A DNA stretch of 64,000 nucleotides. It comes from Eledone cirrhosa. Lineage: Eukaryota. Made by a program: the position numbers and the translations under genes. The notes beneath the pieces were generated by a model, which made no database searches, had not been told where the DNA came from, and saw only the letters and a program-made list of their open reading frames with translations. The stretch is taken from contig OZ024740.1 of assembly GCA_964016885.1 (NCBI GenBank), positions 425,568,001-425,632,000 on the forward strand. The letters run 5' to 3'. Below, piece after piece: positions 50,501 to 64,000 of the stretch. Each line of letters begins with the position of its first letter. The first letter of the stretch is position 1.

Positions 50501-53500
50501 TCCACCATTCCCAATATATGTTGGTAAGTTACCTAGTCTTGTGTCCTTCCCTCCACCATTCCTGATATATGTTGGTAAGGTACCTAGCCTTGTGTCCTTC
50601 CCTCCACCATTCCCAATATATGTTGGTAAGTTACCTAGTCTTGTGTCCTTCCAAACACCATTCCCAATATATGTTGGTGAGGTACCTAGTCTTGTGTCCT
50701 TCCCTCCACCATTCCCAATATATGTTGGTGAGGTACCTAGTCTTGTGTCCTTCCCTCCACCATTCCCAATATATGTTGGTAAGGTACCTAGTCTTGTATC
50801 CTTCCCTCCACCATTCCCAATATATGTTGGTGAGGTACCTAGTCTTGTGTCCTTCCCTCCACCATTCCCAATATATGTTGGTAAGGTACCTAGTCTTGTG
50901 TCCTTCCCTCCACCATTCCCAATATATGTTGGTGAGGTACCTAGTCTTGTATCCTTCCCTCCACCATTCCCAATATATGTTCGTGAGGTACCTAGTCTTG
51001 TGTCCTTCCCTCCACCATTCCCAATATATGTTGGTAAGTTACCTAGTCTTGTGTCCTTCCCTCCACCATTCCCAATATATGTTGGTAAGTTACCTAGTCT
51101 TGTGTCCTTCCCTCCACCATTCCCAATATATGTTGGTGAGGTACCTAGTCTTGTGTCCTTCCCTCCACCATTCCCAATATATGTTGGTAAGGTACCTAGT
51201 CTTGTGTCCTTCCCTCCACCATTCCCAATATATGTTGGTGAGGTACCTAGTCTTGTATCCTTCCCTCCACCATTCCCAATATATGTTGGTGAGGTACCTA
51301 GTCTTGTGTCCTTCCCTCCACCATTCCCAATATATGTTGGTGAGGTACCTAGTCTTGTGTCCTTCCCTCAACCATTCCCAATATATGTTGGTGAGGTACC
51401 TAGTCTTGTGTCCTTCCCTCCACCATTCCCAATATATGTTGGTAAGGTACCTAGTCTTGTGTCCTTCCCTCCACCATTCCCAATATATGTTGGTAAGTTA
51501 CCTAGTCTTGTGTCCTTCCCTCCACCATTCCCAATATATGTTCGTGAGGTACCTAGCCTTGTGTCCTTCCCTCCACCATTCCCAATATATGTTCCTGAGG
51601 TACCTAGTCTTGTGTCCTTCCCTCAACCATTCCCAATATATGTTGGTGAGGTACCTAGTCTTGTATCCTTCCCTCCACCATTCCCAATATATGTTGGTGA
51701 GGTACCTAGTCTTGTGTCCTTCCCTCCATCATTCCCAATATATGTTGGTGAGGTACCTAGTCTTGTGTCCTTCCCTCTACCATTCCTAATATATGTTGGT
51801 GAGGTACCTAGTCTTGTGTCCTTCCTCCACCATTCCTAATATATGTTGGTGAGTTACCTAGTCTTGTGTCCTTCCCTCTACCATTCCTAATATATGTTGG
51901 TGAAGTACCTAGTCTTGTGTCCTTCCCTCCATCATTCCCAATATATGTTGGTGAGGTATCTTGTCTTGTGTCCTTCCCTCCACCATTCCAAATATATGTT
52001 GGTAAGGTACCTAGTCTTGTGTCATTCCCTCCACCATTCCCAATACATGTTGGTGAGGTACCTAGTCTTGTGTCCTTCCCTCCACCATTCCCAATATATG
52101 TTGGTAAGTTACCTAGTCTTGTGTCCTTCCCACCACCATTCCCAATATATGTTGGTAAGTTACCTAGTCTTGTGTCCTTCCCTCTACCATTCCTAATATA
52201 TGTTGGTGAGGTACCTAGTCTTGTGTCCTTCCCTCCAGCATTCCCAATATATGTTGGTAAGTTACCTAGTCTTGTGTCCTTCCCTCCACCATCCCAATAT
52301 ATGTTGGTAAGGTACCTAGTCTTGTGTCATTCCCTCAACCATTCCCAATATATGTTGGTGAGGTACCTAGACTTGTGTCCTTCCCTCAACCATCCCAATA
52401 TATGTTGGTGAGGTACCTAGACTTGTGTCTTTCCCTCAACCATCCCAATATATGTTGGTGAGGTACCTAGTCTTATGTCATTCCCTCAACCATTCCCAAT
52501 ATATGTTGGTAAGTTACCTAGTCTTGTGTCCTGCCCTCCACCATCCCAATATATGTTAGTAAGGTACCTAGTCTTGTGTCATTCCCTCAACCATTCCCAA
52601 TATATGTTGGTGAGGTACCTAGACTTGTGTCCTTCCCTCAACCATTCCCAATATATGTTGGTGAGGTACCTAGAATTGTGTCCTTCCCTCTACCATTCCT
52701 AATATATGTTGGTGAGGTACCTAGTCTTGTGTCCTTCCCTCCACCATCCCAATATATGTTGGTGAGGTACCTAGTCTTGTGTCATTCCCTCCACCATTCC
52801 CAATATATGTTGGTGATGTACCTAGTCTTGTGTCCTTCCCTCCACCATCCCAATATATGTTGGTGATGTACCTAGTCTTGTGTCCTTCCCTCCACCATCC
52901 CAATATATGTTGGTGATGTACCTAGTCTTGTGTCCTTCCCTCCACCATTCCAAATATATGTTGGTGAGGTACCTAGTCTTGTGTCCTTCCCTCCACCATT
53001 CCCAATATATGTTGGTGAGGTACCTAGTCTTGTGTCCTTCCCTCCACCATCCCAATATATGTTGGTGATGTACCTAGTCTTGTATCCTTCCCTCCACCAT
53101 TCCCAATATATGTTGGTGAAGTACCTAGTCTTGTGTCCTCCCCCCCCCATCATTCCCAATATATGTTGGTAAGTTACCTAGACTTGTGTCCTTCCCTCCA
53201 TCATTCCTAATATATGTTGGTGAGGTACCTAGTCTTGTGTCCTTCCCTCCACCATTCCCAATATATGTTGGTGAGGTACCTAGTCTTGTGTCCCCCCCCA
53301 TCATTCCCAATATATGTTGGTAAGTTACCTAGACTTGTGTCCTTCCCTCCATCATTCCTAATATATGTTGGTGAGGTACCTAGTCTTGTGTCCTTCCCTC
53401 CACCATCCCAATATATGTTGGTGAGGTACCTAGTCTTGTGTCCTCCCCCCCCATCATTCCCAATATATGTTGGTAAGTTACCTAGACTTGTGTCCTTCCC

Positions 53501-56500
53501 TCCATCATTCCCAATATATGTTGGTGAGGTACCTAGTCTTGTGTCCTTCCCTCCACCATCCCAATATATGTTGGTAAGTTACCTAGTCTTGTGTCCTTCC
53601 CTCTACCATTCCTAATATATGTTGGTAAGGTACCTAGCCTTGTGTCCTTACCTCCACCATTCCCAATATATGTTGGTAAGTTACCTAGTCTTGTGTCCTT
53701 CCCTCCACCATTCCTGATATATGTTGGTAAGGTACCTAGCCTTGTGTCCTTCCATCCACCATTCCCAATATATGTTGGTAAGTTACCTAGTCTTGTGTCC
53801 TTCCAAACACCATTCCTAATATATGTTGGTGAGGTACCTAGTCTTGTGTCCTTCCCTCCACCATTCCCAATATATGTTGGTGAGGTACCTAGTCTTGTGT
53901 CCTTCCCTCCACCATTCCCAATATATGTTGGTAAGGTACCTAGTCTTGTATCCTTCCCTCCACCATTCCCAATATATGTTGGTGAGGTACCTAGTCTTGT
54001 GTCCTTCCCTCCACCATTCCCAATATATGTTGGTAAGGTACCTAGTCTTGTTTCCTTCCCTCCACCATTCCCAATATATGTTGGTGAGGTACCTAGTCTT
54101 GTATCCTTCCCTCCACCATTCCCAATATATGTTCGTGAGGTACCTAGTCTTGTGTCCTTCCCTCCACCATTCCCAATATATGTTGGTAAGTTACCTAGTC
54201 TTGTGTCCTTCCCTCCACCATTCCCAATATATGTTGGTAAGTTACCTAGTCTTGTGTCCTTCCCTCCACCATTCCCAATATATGTTGGTGAGGTACCTAG
54301 TCTTGTGTCCTTCCCTCCACCATTCCCAATATATGTTGGTGAGGTACCTAGTCTTGTGTCCTTCCCTCCACCATTCCCAATATATGTTGGTGAGGTACCT
54401 AGTCTTGTATCCTTCCCTCCACCATTCCCAATATATGTTGGTGAGGTACCTAGTCTTGTGTCCTTCCCTCCACCATTCCCAATATATGTTGGTGAGGTAC
54501 CTAGTCTTGTGTCCTTCCCTCAACCATTCCCAATATATGTTGGTGAGGTACCTAGTCTTTGTCCTTCCCTCCACCATTCCCAATATATGTTGGTAAGGTA
54601 CCTAGTCTTGTGTCCTTCCCTCCACCATTCCCAATATATGTTGGTAAGTTACCTAGTCTTGTGTCCTTCCCTCCACCATTCCCAATATATGTTCGTGAGG
54701 TACCTAGTCTTGTGTCCTTCCCTCCACCATTCCCAATATATGTTCCTGAGGTACCTAGTCTTGTGTCCTTCCCTCAACCATTCCCAATATATGTTGGTGA
54801 GGTACCTAGTCTTGTATCCTTCCCTCCACCATTCCCAATATATGTTGGTGAGGTACCTAGTCTTGTGTCCTTCCCCCCCATCATTCCCAATATATGTTGG
54901 TAAGTTACCTAGAGTTGTGTCCGTCCCTCCATCATTCCTAATATATGTTGGTGAGGTACCTAGTCTTGTGTCCTTCCCTCCATCATTCCCAATATATGTT
55001 GGTGAGGTACCTAGTCTTGTGTCCTTCCCTGTACCATTCCTAATATATGTTGGTGAGGTACCTAGTCTTGTGTCCTTCCTCCACCATTCCTAATATATGT
55101 TGGTGAGTTACCTAGTCTTGTGTCCTTCCCTCTACCATTCCTAATATATGTTGGTGAAGTACCTAGTCTTGTGTCCTTCCCTCCATCATTCCCAATATAT
55201 GTTGGTGAGGTATCTTGTCTTGTGTCCTTCCCTCCACCATTCCAAATATATGTTGGTAAGGTACCTAGTCTTGTGTCATTCCCTCCACCATTCCCAATAC
55301 ATGTTGGTGAGGTACCTAGTCTTGTGTCCTTCCCTCCACCATTCCCAATATATGTTGGTAAGTTACCTAGTCTTGTGTCCTTCCCACCACCATTCCCAAT
55401 ATATGTTGGTAAGTTACCTAGTCTTGTGTCCTTCCCTCTACCATTCCTAATATATGTTGGTGAGGTACCTAGTCTTGTGTCCTTCCCTCCAGCATTCCCA
55501 ATATATGTTGGTAAGTTACCTAGTCTTGTGTCCTTCCCTCCACCATCCCAATATATGTTGGTAAGGTACCTAGTCTTGTGTCATTCCCTCAACCATTCCC
55601 AATATATGTTGGTGAGGTACCTAGACTTGTGTCCTTCCCTCAACCATCCCAATATATGTTGGTGAGGTACCTAGACTTGTGTCTTTCCCTCAACCATCCC
55701 AATATATGTTGGTGAGGTACCTAGTCTTATGTCATTCCCTCAACCATTCCCAATATATGTTGGTAAGTTACCTAGTCTTGTGTCCTTCCCTCCACCATCC
55801 CAATATATGTTAGTAAGGTACCTAGTCTTGTGTCATTCCCTCAACCATTCCCAATATATGTTGGTGAGGTACCTAGACTTGTGTCCTTCCCTCAACCATT
55901 CCCAATATATGTTGGTGAGGTACCTAGATTTGTGTCCTTCCCTCTACCATTCCTAATATATGTTGGTGAAGTACCTAGTCTTGTGTCCTTCCCTCCACCA
56001 TTCCCAATATATGTTGGTGAGGTACCTAGTCTTGTGCCATTCCCTCCACCATTCCCAATATATGTTGGTGATGTACCTAGTCTTGTGTCCTTCCCTCCAC
56101 CATCCCAATATATGTTGGTGATGTACCTAGTCTTGTGTCCTTCCCTCCACCATCCCAATATATGTTGGTGATGTACCTAGTCTTGTGTCCTTCCCTCCAC
56201 CATTCCAAATATATGTTGGTGAGGTACCTAGTCTTGTGTCCTTCCCTCCACCATTCCCAATATATGTTGGTGAGGTACCTAGTCTTGTGTCCTTCCCTCC
56301 ACCATCCCAATATATGTTGGTGATGTACCTAGTCTTGTATCCTTCCCTCCACCATTCCCAATATATGTTGGTGAGGTACCTAGTCTTGTGTCCTCCCCCC
56401 CCATCATTCCCAATATATGTTGGTAAGTTACCTAGACTTGTGTCCTTCCCTCCATCATTCCTAATATATGTTGGTGAGGTACCTAGTCTTGTGTCCTTCC

Positions 56501-59500
56501 CTCCACCATTCCCAATATATGTTGGTGAGGTACCTAGTCTTGTGTCCCCCCCCCCATCATTCCCAATATATGTTGGTAAGTTACCTAGACTTGTGTCCTT
56601 CCCTCCATCATTCCTAATATATGTTGGTGAGGTACCTAGTCTTGTGTCCTTCCCTCCACCATCCCAATATATGTTGGTGAGGTACCTAGTCTTGTGTCCC
56701 CCCCCCCATCATTCCCAATATATGTTGGTAAGTTACCTAGACTTGTGTCCTTCCCTCCATCATTCCCAATATATGTTGGTGAGGTACCTAGTCTTGTGTC
56801 CTTCCCTCCACCATCCCAATATATGTTGGTAAGTTACCTAGTCTTGTGTCCTTCCCTCTACCATTCCTAATATATGTTGGTAAGGTACCTAGCCTTGTGT
56901 CCTTACCTCCACCATTCCCAATATATGTTGGTAAGTTACCTAGTCTTGTGTCCTTCCCACCACCATTCCCAATATATGTTGGTAAGTTACCTAGTCTTGT
57001 GTCCTTCCATCCACCATTCCCAATATATGTTGGTAAGTTACCTAGTCTTGTGTCCTTCCTCCACCATTCCCAATATATGTTGGTAAGGTACCTAGTCTTC
57101 TGTCCTTCCCTCCACCATTCCCAATATATGTTGGTAAGTTACCTAGTCTTGTGTCCTTCCCTCAATCATTCCCAATATATGTTGGTAAGGTACCTAGTCT
57201 TGTGTACTTCCCTCCATCATTCCCAATATATGTTGGTGAGGTACCTAGTCTTGTGTCCTTCCCTCCACCATTCCCAATATATGTTGGTAAGGTACCTAGT
57301 CTTCTGTCCTTCGCTCCACCTTTCCCAATATATGTTGGTAAGTTACCTAGTCTTGTGTCCTTCCAAACACCATTCCCAATATATGTTGGTGAGGTACCTA
57401 GTCTTGTGTCCTTCCATCCATCATTCCCAATATATGTTGGTAAGGTAACTAGTCTTCTGTCCTTCGCTCCACCTTTCCCAATATATGTTGGTAAGGTACC
57501 TAGTCTTGTGTCCTTCCCTCCACCATTCCCAATAAATGTTGGTGAGGTACCTAGTCTTGTGTCCTTCCCTCCACCATTCCCAATATATGTTGGTGAGGTA
57601 CCTAGTCATGTGTCCTTCCCTCCACCATTCCCAATATATGTTGGTAAGGTACCTAGTCTTCAGTCCTTCGCTCCACCATTCCCAATATATGTTGGTAAGG
57701 TACCTAGTCTTGTGTACTTCCCTCCATCATTCCCAATATATGTTGATGAGGTACCTAGTCCTTCCCTCCACCATTCCCAATATATGTTGGTGAGGTACCT
57801 AGTCTTGTGTCCTTCCCTCCACCATTCCCAATATATGTTGGTGAGGTACCTAGTCTTGTGACCTTCCCTCCACCATTCCCAATATATGTTGGTGAGGTAC
57901 CTAGTCATGTGTCCTTCCCTCAACCATTCCCAATATAAGTTAGTGTTGTACCTTGTCTTGTGTCCTTCCCTCCACCATTCCCAATATATGTTGGTGAGGT
58001 ACCTAGTCTTGTGTCCTTCTCTCAACCATTCCCAATATAAGTTAGTGTTGTACCTTGTCTTGTGTCCTTCCCTCCACCATTCCCAATATATGTTGGTATG
58101 GTACCTAGTCTTGTGTCCTTCCCTACAACATTCCCAATATATGTTGGTGAGGTACCTAGTCTTGTGTCCTTCCCTCAACCATTCCCAATATAAGTTAGTG
58201 TTGTACCTTGTCTTGTGTCCTTCCCTCCACCATTCCCAATATATGTTGGTATGTTACCTAGACTTGTGTCCTTCCCTCCAACATTCCCAATATATGTTGG
58301 TGAGGTACCTAGTCTTGTGTCCTGCCCTCAACCATTCCGAATATAAGTTAGTGTTGTACCTTGTCTTGTGTCCTTCCCTCCACCATTCGCAATATATGTT
58401 GGTATGGTACCTAGTCTTGTGTCCTTCCCTCCAACATTCCCAATATATTTTGCTAATGTACCTAGTCTTGTGTCCTTCCCTCAACCATTCCCAATATATG
58501 TTAGTGAGGTATCTAGTCTTGTGTCCTTCCCTCCACCATTCCCAATATATGTTGGTGAGGCACCTAGTCTTGTGTCCTTCCCTCCACCATTCCCTAATAT
58601 ATGTTGGTAAGGTACCTAGTCCTGTGTCCTTCCTCCACCATTCCCAATATATGTTGGTGAGGTAACTCGTCCTTCCCTCCACCATTCCCAATATATGTTG
58701 GTGAGGTACCTAGTCCTTCCCTCCTCATTCCCAATATATGTTGGTGAGGTACCTAGTCTTGTCCTTCCCTCCACCATTCCCAATATATGTTGGTGTGGTA
58801 CCTAGTCTTGTGTCCTTCCCTCCACCATTCCCAATATATGTTGGTAAGATACCTAGTCTTGTGTCCTTCCCTCCACCATTCCCAATATATGTTGGTAAGG
58901 TACCTAGTCTTGTGTCATTCCTCCACCATTCCCAATATATGTTGGTGAGGTACCTAGTATTGTGTCCTTCCCTCCACTATTCCCAATATATGTTGATAAG
59001 GCACCTAGTCTTGTGTCCTTCCCTCCACCATTCCCAATATATGTTGGTGAGGTACCTAGTATTCTGTCCTTGCCTCCACCATTCCCAATATATGTTGGTA
59101 AGTTATCTAGTCTTGTGTCCTTCCCTCCATCATTCCCATTATGTGTTTGTGAGGTACCTAGTCTTGTGTCCGTTCCTCCACCATTCCCAATATATGTTGG
59201 TGAGGTACCTAGTCTTGTGTCCTTCCCTCCACCATTCCCAATATATGTTGGTAAGTTACCTAGTCTTGTGTCCTTCCCTCCACCATTCCCAATATATGTT
59301 GGTAAGTTACCTAGTCTTGTGTACATCCCTCCACCATTCCCGATATATGTTGGTGAGGTACCTAGTCTTGTGTCCGTTCCTCCACCATTCCCAATATATG
59401 TTGGTAAGGTACCTAGTCTTGTGTCCTTGCCTCCACCATTCCCAATATATGTTGGTAAGTTACCTAGTCTTGTGTCCTTCCCTCCACCATTAACAATATA

Positions 59501-62500
59501 TGTTGGTAAGGTACCTAGTCTTGTGTCTTTCCGTTCACCATTCCCAATATATGTTGGTAAGTTATCTAGTCTTGTGTCCTTCCCTCCACCATTCCCAATA
59601 TATGTTGGTGAGGTACTTAGTCTTGTGTCCTTCCCTCCGCCATCCCCAATATATGTTGGTGAGGTACATAGTCTTTCCCTCCACCATTCCCAGTATATGT
59701 TGGTGAGGTACCTTGTCCTGTCCTTCCCTCCACCATTCCCAATATATGTTGGTGAGGAACCTAGTCTTGTGTCCGTCCCTCAACCATTCCCAATATATGT
59801 TAGTGAGGTAACTAGTCCTTCCCTCCTCATTCCCAATATATGTTGGTGAGGTACCTAGTCTTGTCCTTCCCTCCACCATTCCCAATATATGTTGGTGAGG
59901 TACCTAGTCTTGTGTCCTTCCCTCCACCATTCCCAATATATGTTGGTAAGATATCTAGTCTTGTGTCCGTCCCTCAACCATTCCCAATATATGTTAGTGA
60001 GGTAACTAGTCCTTCCCTCCTCATTCCCAATATATGTTGGTAAGGTACCTAGTATTATGTCCTTGCCTCCACCATTCCCAATATATGTTGATAAGGTACT
60101 TAGTCTTGAGTCCGTCCCTCAACCATTCCCAATATATGTTGGTGAGGTACCTAGTCCTTCCCTCCTCATTCCCAATATATGTTGGTAAGGTATCTAGTAT
60201 TGTGTCCTTCACTCCACCATTACCAATATATGTTGGTGAGGTACCTAGTCTTGTATCCTTCCCTCCACCATTCCCAATATATGTTGGTGAGGTACCTAGT
60301 CTTGTGTCCTTCACCCCCATCATTCCCAATATATGTTGGTAAGTTACCTAGAGTTGTGTCCGTCCCTCCATCATTCCTAATATATGTTGGTGAGGTACCT
60401 AGTCTTGTGTCCTTCCCTCCATCATTCCCAATATATGTTGGTGAGGTACCTAGTCTTGTGTCCTTCCCTGTACCATTCCTAATATATGTTGGTGAGGTAC
60501 CTAGTCTTGTGTCCTTCCTCCACCATTCCTAATATATGTTGGTGAGTTACCTAGTCTTGTGTCCTTCCCTCTACCATTCCTAATATATGTTGGTGAAGTA
60601 CCTAGTCTTGTGTCCTTCCCTCCATCATTCCCAATATATGTTGGTGAGGTATCTTGTCTTGTGTCCTTCCCTCCACCATTCCAAATATATGTTGGTAAGG
60701 TACCTAGTCTTGTGTCATTCCCTCCACCATTCCCAATACATGTTGGTGAGGTACCTAGTCTTGTGTCCTTCCCTCCACCATTCCCAATATATGTTGGTAA
60801 GTTACCTAGTCTTGTGTCCTTCCCACCACCATTCCCAATATATGTTGGTAAGTTACCTAGTCTTGTGTCCTTCCCTCTACCATTCCTAATATATGTTGGT
60901 GAGGTACCTAGTCTTGTGTCCTTCCCTCCAGCATTCCCAATATATGTTGGTAAGTTACCTAGTCTTGTGTCCTTCCCTCCACCATCCCAATATATGTTGG
61001 TAAGGTACCTAGTCTTGTGTCATTCCCTCAACCATTCCCAATATATGTTGGTGAGGTACCTAGACTTGTGTCCTTCCCTCAACCATCCCAATATATGTTG
61101 GTGAGGTACCTAGACTTGTGTCTTTCCCTCAACCATCCCAATATATGTTGGTGAGGTACCTAGTCTTATGTCATTCCCTCAACCATTCCCAATATATGTT
61201 GGTAAGTTACCTAGTCTTATGTCCTTCCCTCCACCATCCCAATATATGTTAGTAAGGTACCTAGTCTTGTGTCATTCCCTCAACCATTCCCAATATATGT
61301 TGGTGAGGTACCTAGACTTGTGTCCTTCCCTCAACCATTCCCAATATATGTTGGTGAGGTACCTAGACTTGTGTCCTTCCCTCTACCATTCCTAATATAT
61401 GTTGGTGAAGTACCTAGTCTTGTGTCCTTCCCTCCACCATTCCCAATATATGTTGGTGAGGTACCTAGTCTTGTGCCATTCCCTCCACCATTCCCAATAT
61501 ATGTTGGTGATGTACCTAGTCTTGTGTCCTTCCCTCCACCATCCCAATATATATTGGTGATGTACCTAGTCTTGTGTCCTTCCCTCCACCATCCCAATAT
61601 ATGTTGGTGATGTACCTAGTCTTGTGTCCTTCCCTCCACCATTCCAAATATATGTTGGTGAGGTACCTAGTCTTGTGTCCTTCCCTCCACCATTCCCAAT
61701 ATATGTTGGTGAGGTACCTAGTCTTGTGTCCTTCCCTCCACCATCCCAATATATGTTGGTGATGTACCTAGTCTTGTATCCTTCCCTCCACCATTCCCAA
61801 TATATGTTGGTGAGGTACCTAGTCTTGTGTCCTCCCCCCCCATCATTCCCAATATATGTTGGTAAGTTACCTAGACTTGTGTCCTTCCCTCCATCATTCC
61901 TAATATATGTTGGTGAGGTACCTAGTCTTGTGTCCTTCCCTCCACCATTCCCAATATATGTTGGTGAGGTACCTAGTCTTGTGTCCCCCCCCATCATTCC
62001 CAATATATGTTGGTAAGTTACCTAGACTTGTGTCCTTCCCTCCATCATTCCTAATATATGTTGGTGAGGTACCTAGTCTTGTGTCCTTCCCTCCACCATC
62101 CCAATATATGTTGGTGAGGTACCTAGTCTTGTGTCCTCCCCCCCATCATTCCCAATATATGTTGGTAAGTTACCTAGACTTGTGTCCTTCCCTCCATCAT
62201 TCCCAATATATGTTGGTGAGGTACCTAGTATTGTGTCCTTCCCTCCACCATCCCAATATATGTTGGTAAGTTACCTAGTCTTGTGTCCTTCCCTCTACCA
62301 TTCCTAATATATGTTGGTAAGGTACCTAGCCTTGTGTCCTTACCTCCACCATTCCCAATATATGTTGGTAAGTTACCTAGTCTTGTGTCCTTCCCACCAC
62401 CATTCCCAATATATGTTGGTAAGTTACCTAGTCTTGTGTCCTTCCATCCACCATTCCCAATATATGTTGGTAAGTTACCTAGTCTTGTGTCCTTCCTCCA

Positions 62501-64000
62501 CCATTCCCAATATATGTTGGTAAGGTACCTAGTCTTCTGTCCTTCCCTCCACCATTCCCAATATATGTTGGTAAGTTACCTAGTCTTGTGTCCTTCCCTC
62601 AATCATTCCCAATATATGTTGGTAAGGTACCTAGTCTTGTGTACTTCCCTCCATCATTCCCAATATATGTTGGTGAGGTACCTAGTCTTGTGTCCTTCCC
62701 TCCACCATTCCCAATATATGTTGGTAAGGTACCTAGTCTTCTGTCCTTCGCTCCACCTTTCCCAATATATGTTGGTAAGTTACCTAGTCTTGTGTCCTTC
62801 CAAACACCATTCCCAATATATGTTGGTGAGGTACCTAGTCTTGTGTCCTTCCATCCATCATTCCCAATATATGTTGGTAAGGTAACTAGTCTTCTGTCCT
62901 TCGCTCCACCTTTCCCAATATATGTTGGTAAGGTACCTAGTCTTGTGTCCTTCCCTCCACCATTCCCAATAAATGTTGGTGAGGTACCTAGTCTTGTGTC
63001 CTTCCCTCCACCATTCCCAATATATGTTGGTGAGGTACCTAGTCATGTGTCCTTCCCTCCACCATTCCCAATATATGTTGGTAAGGTACCTAGTCTTCAG
63101 TCCTTCGCTCCACCATTCCCAATATATGTTGGTAAGGTACCTAGTCTTGTGTACTTCCCTCCATCATTCCCAATATATGTTGATGAGGTACCTAGTCCTT
63201 CCCTCCACCATTCCCAATATATGTTGGTGAGGTACCTAGTCTTGTGTCCTTCCCTCCACCATTCCCAATATATGTTGGTGAGGTACCTAGTCTTGTGACC
63301 TTCCCTCCACCATTCCCAATATATGTTGGTGAGGTACCTAGTCATGTGTCCTTCCCTCAACCATTCCCAATATAAGTTAGTGTTGTACCTTGACTTGTGT
63401 CCTTCCCTCCACCATTCCCAATATATGTTGGTGAGGTACCTAGTCTTGTGTCCTTCCCTCAACCATTCCCAATATAAGTTAGTGTTGTACCTTGTCTTGT
63501 GTCCTTCCCTCCACCATTCCCAATATATGTTGGTATGGTACCTAGTCTTGTGTCCTTCCCTACAACATTCCCAATATATGTTGGTGAGGTACCTAGTCTT
63601 GTGTCCTTCCCTCAACCATTCCCAATATAAGTTAGTGTTGTACCTTGTCTTGTGTCCTTCCCTCCACCATTCCCAATATATGTTGGTATGGTACCTAGAC
63701 TTGTGTCCTTCCCTCCAACATTCCCAATATATGTTGGTGAGGTACCTAGTCTTGTGTCCTGCCCTCAACCATTCCGAATATAAGTTAGTGTTGTACCTTG
63801 TCTTGTGTCCTTCCCTCCACCATTCGCAATATATGTTGGTATGGTACCTAGTCTTGTGTCCTTCCCTCCAACATTCCCAATATATGTTGCTAATGTACCT
63901 AGTCTTGTGTCCTTCCCTCAACCATTCCCAATATATGTTAGTGAGGTATCTAGTCTTGTGTCCTTCCCTCCACCATTCCCAATATATGTTGGTGAGGCAC
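17586..64000. repeat. 51-bp tandem satellite array, ~910 units, continuing past the window end
   Basis: Consensus TATGTTGGT(G/A)AGGTACCTAGTCTTGTGTCCTTCCCTCCACCATTCCCAATA with a KpnI site GGTACC. Single orientation with 50-bp and ~45-bp deletion variants; no foreign insertion noticed. Confidence 0.99.

Noticed and set aside
17532-63921. Large repetitive ORFs (up to 994 aa) as a proline-rich structural protein gene
   Set aside because: They arise because the 51-bp unit is a multiple of 3. ORFs overlap in four frames, switch frame at 1-bp deletions, and have no unique N- or C-terminal domains.
17586-64000. CRISPR array
   Set aside because: Units are head-to-tail with no unique spacers, there are no cas genes, and the context is eukaryotic.

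Overview
Repeat-dominated eukaryotic DNA with no recognisable host gene. The SINE types and microsatellite load suggest a cephalopod (octopus-like) genome, which is an inference. Bases 1-17.5 kb hold nested retroelements: a CR1/L2-type LINE 3' remnant whose last codons are amplified into a 61-bp minisatellite, several tRNA-derived SINEs, microsatellites, and a 5'-truncated, frameshifted Penelope-like element (RT + GIY-YIG, minus strand). That element's 3' pseudo-LTR (pLTR) carries a hammerhead ribozyme. Five pLTR copies in two subfamilies hold type I hammerheads with covarying stems I/II and a 2-bp stem III, which probably needs dimerisation to cleave. Six long fold-back palindromes are also present; five are centred on hammerhead or half-hammerhead motifs, and one has a hammerhead core on each strand. 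From 17,586 to the window end lies a 46-kb, ~910-unit, 51-bp satellite with nested kb-scale duplications of variant units. It accounts for every ORF called there.
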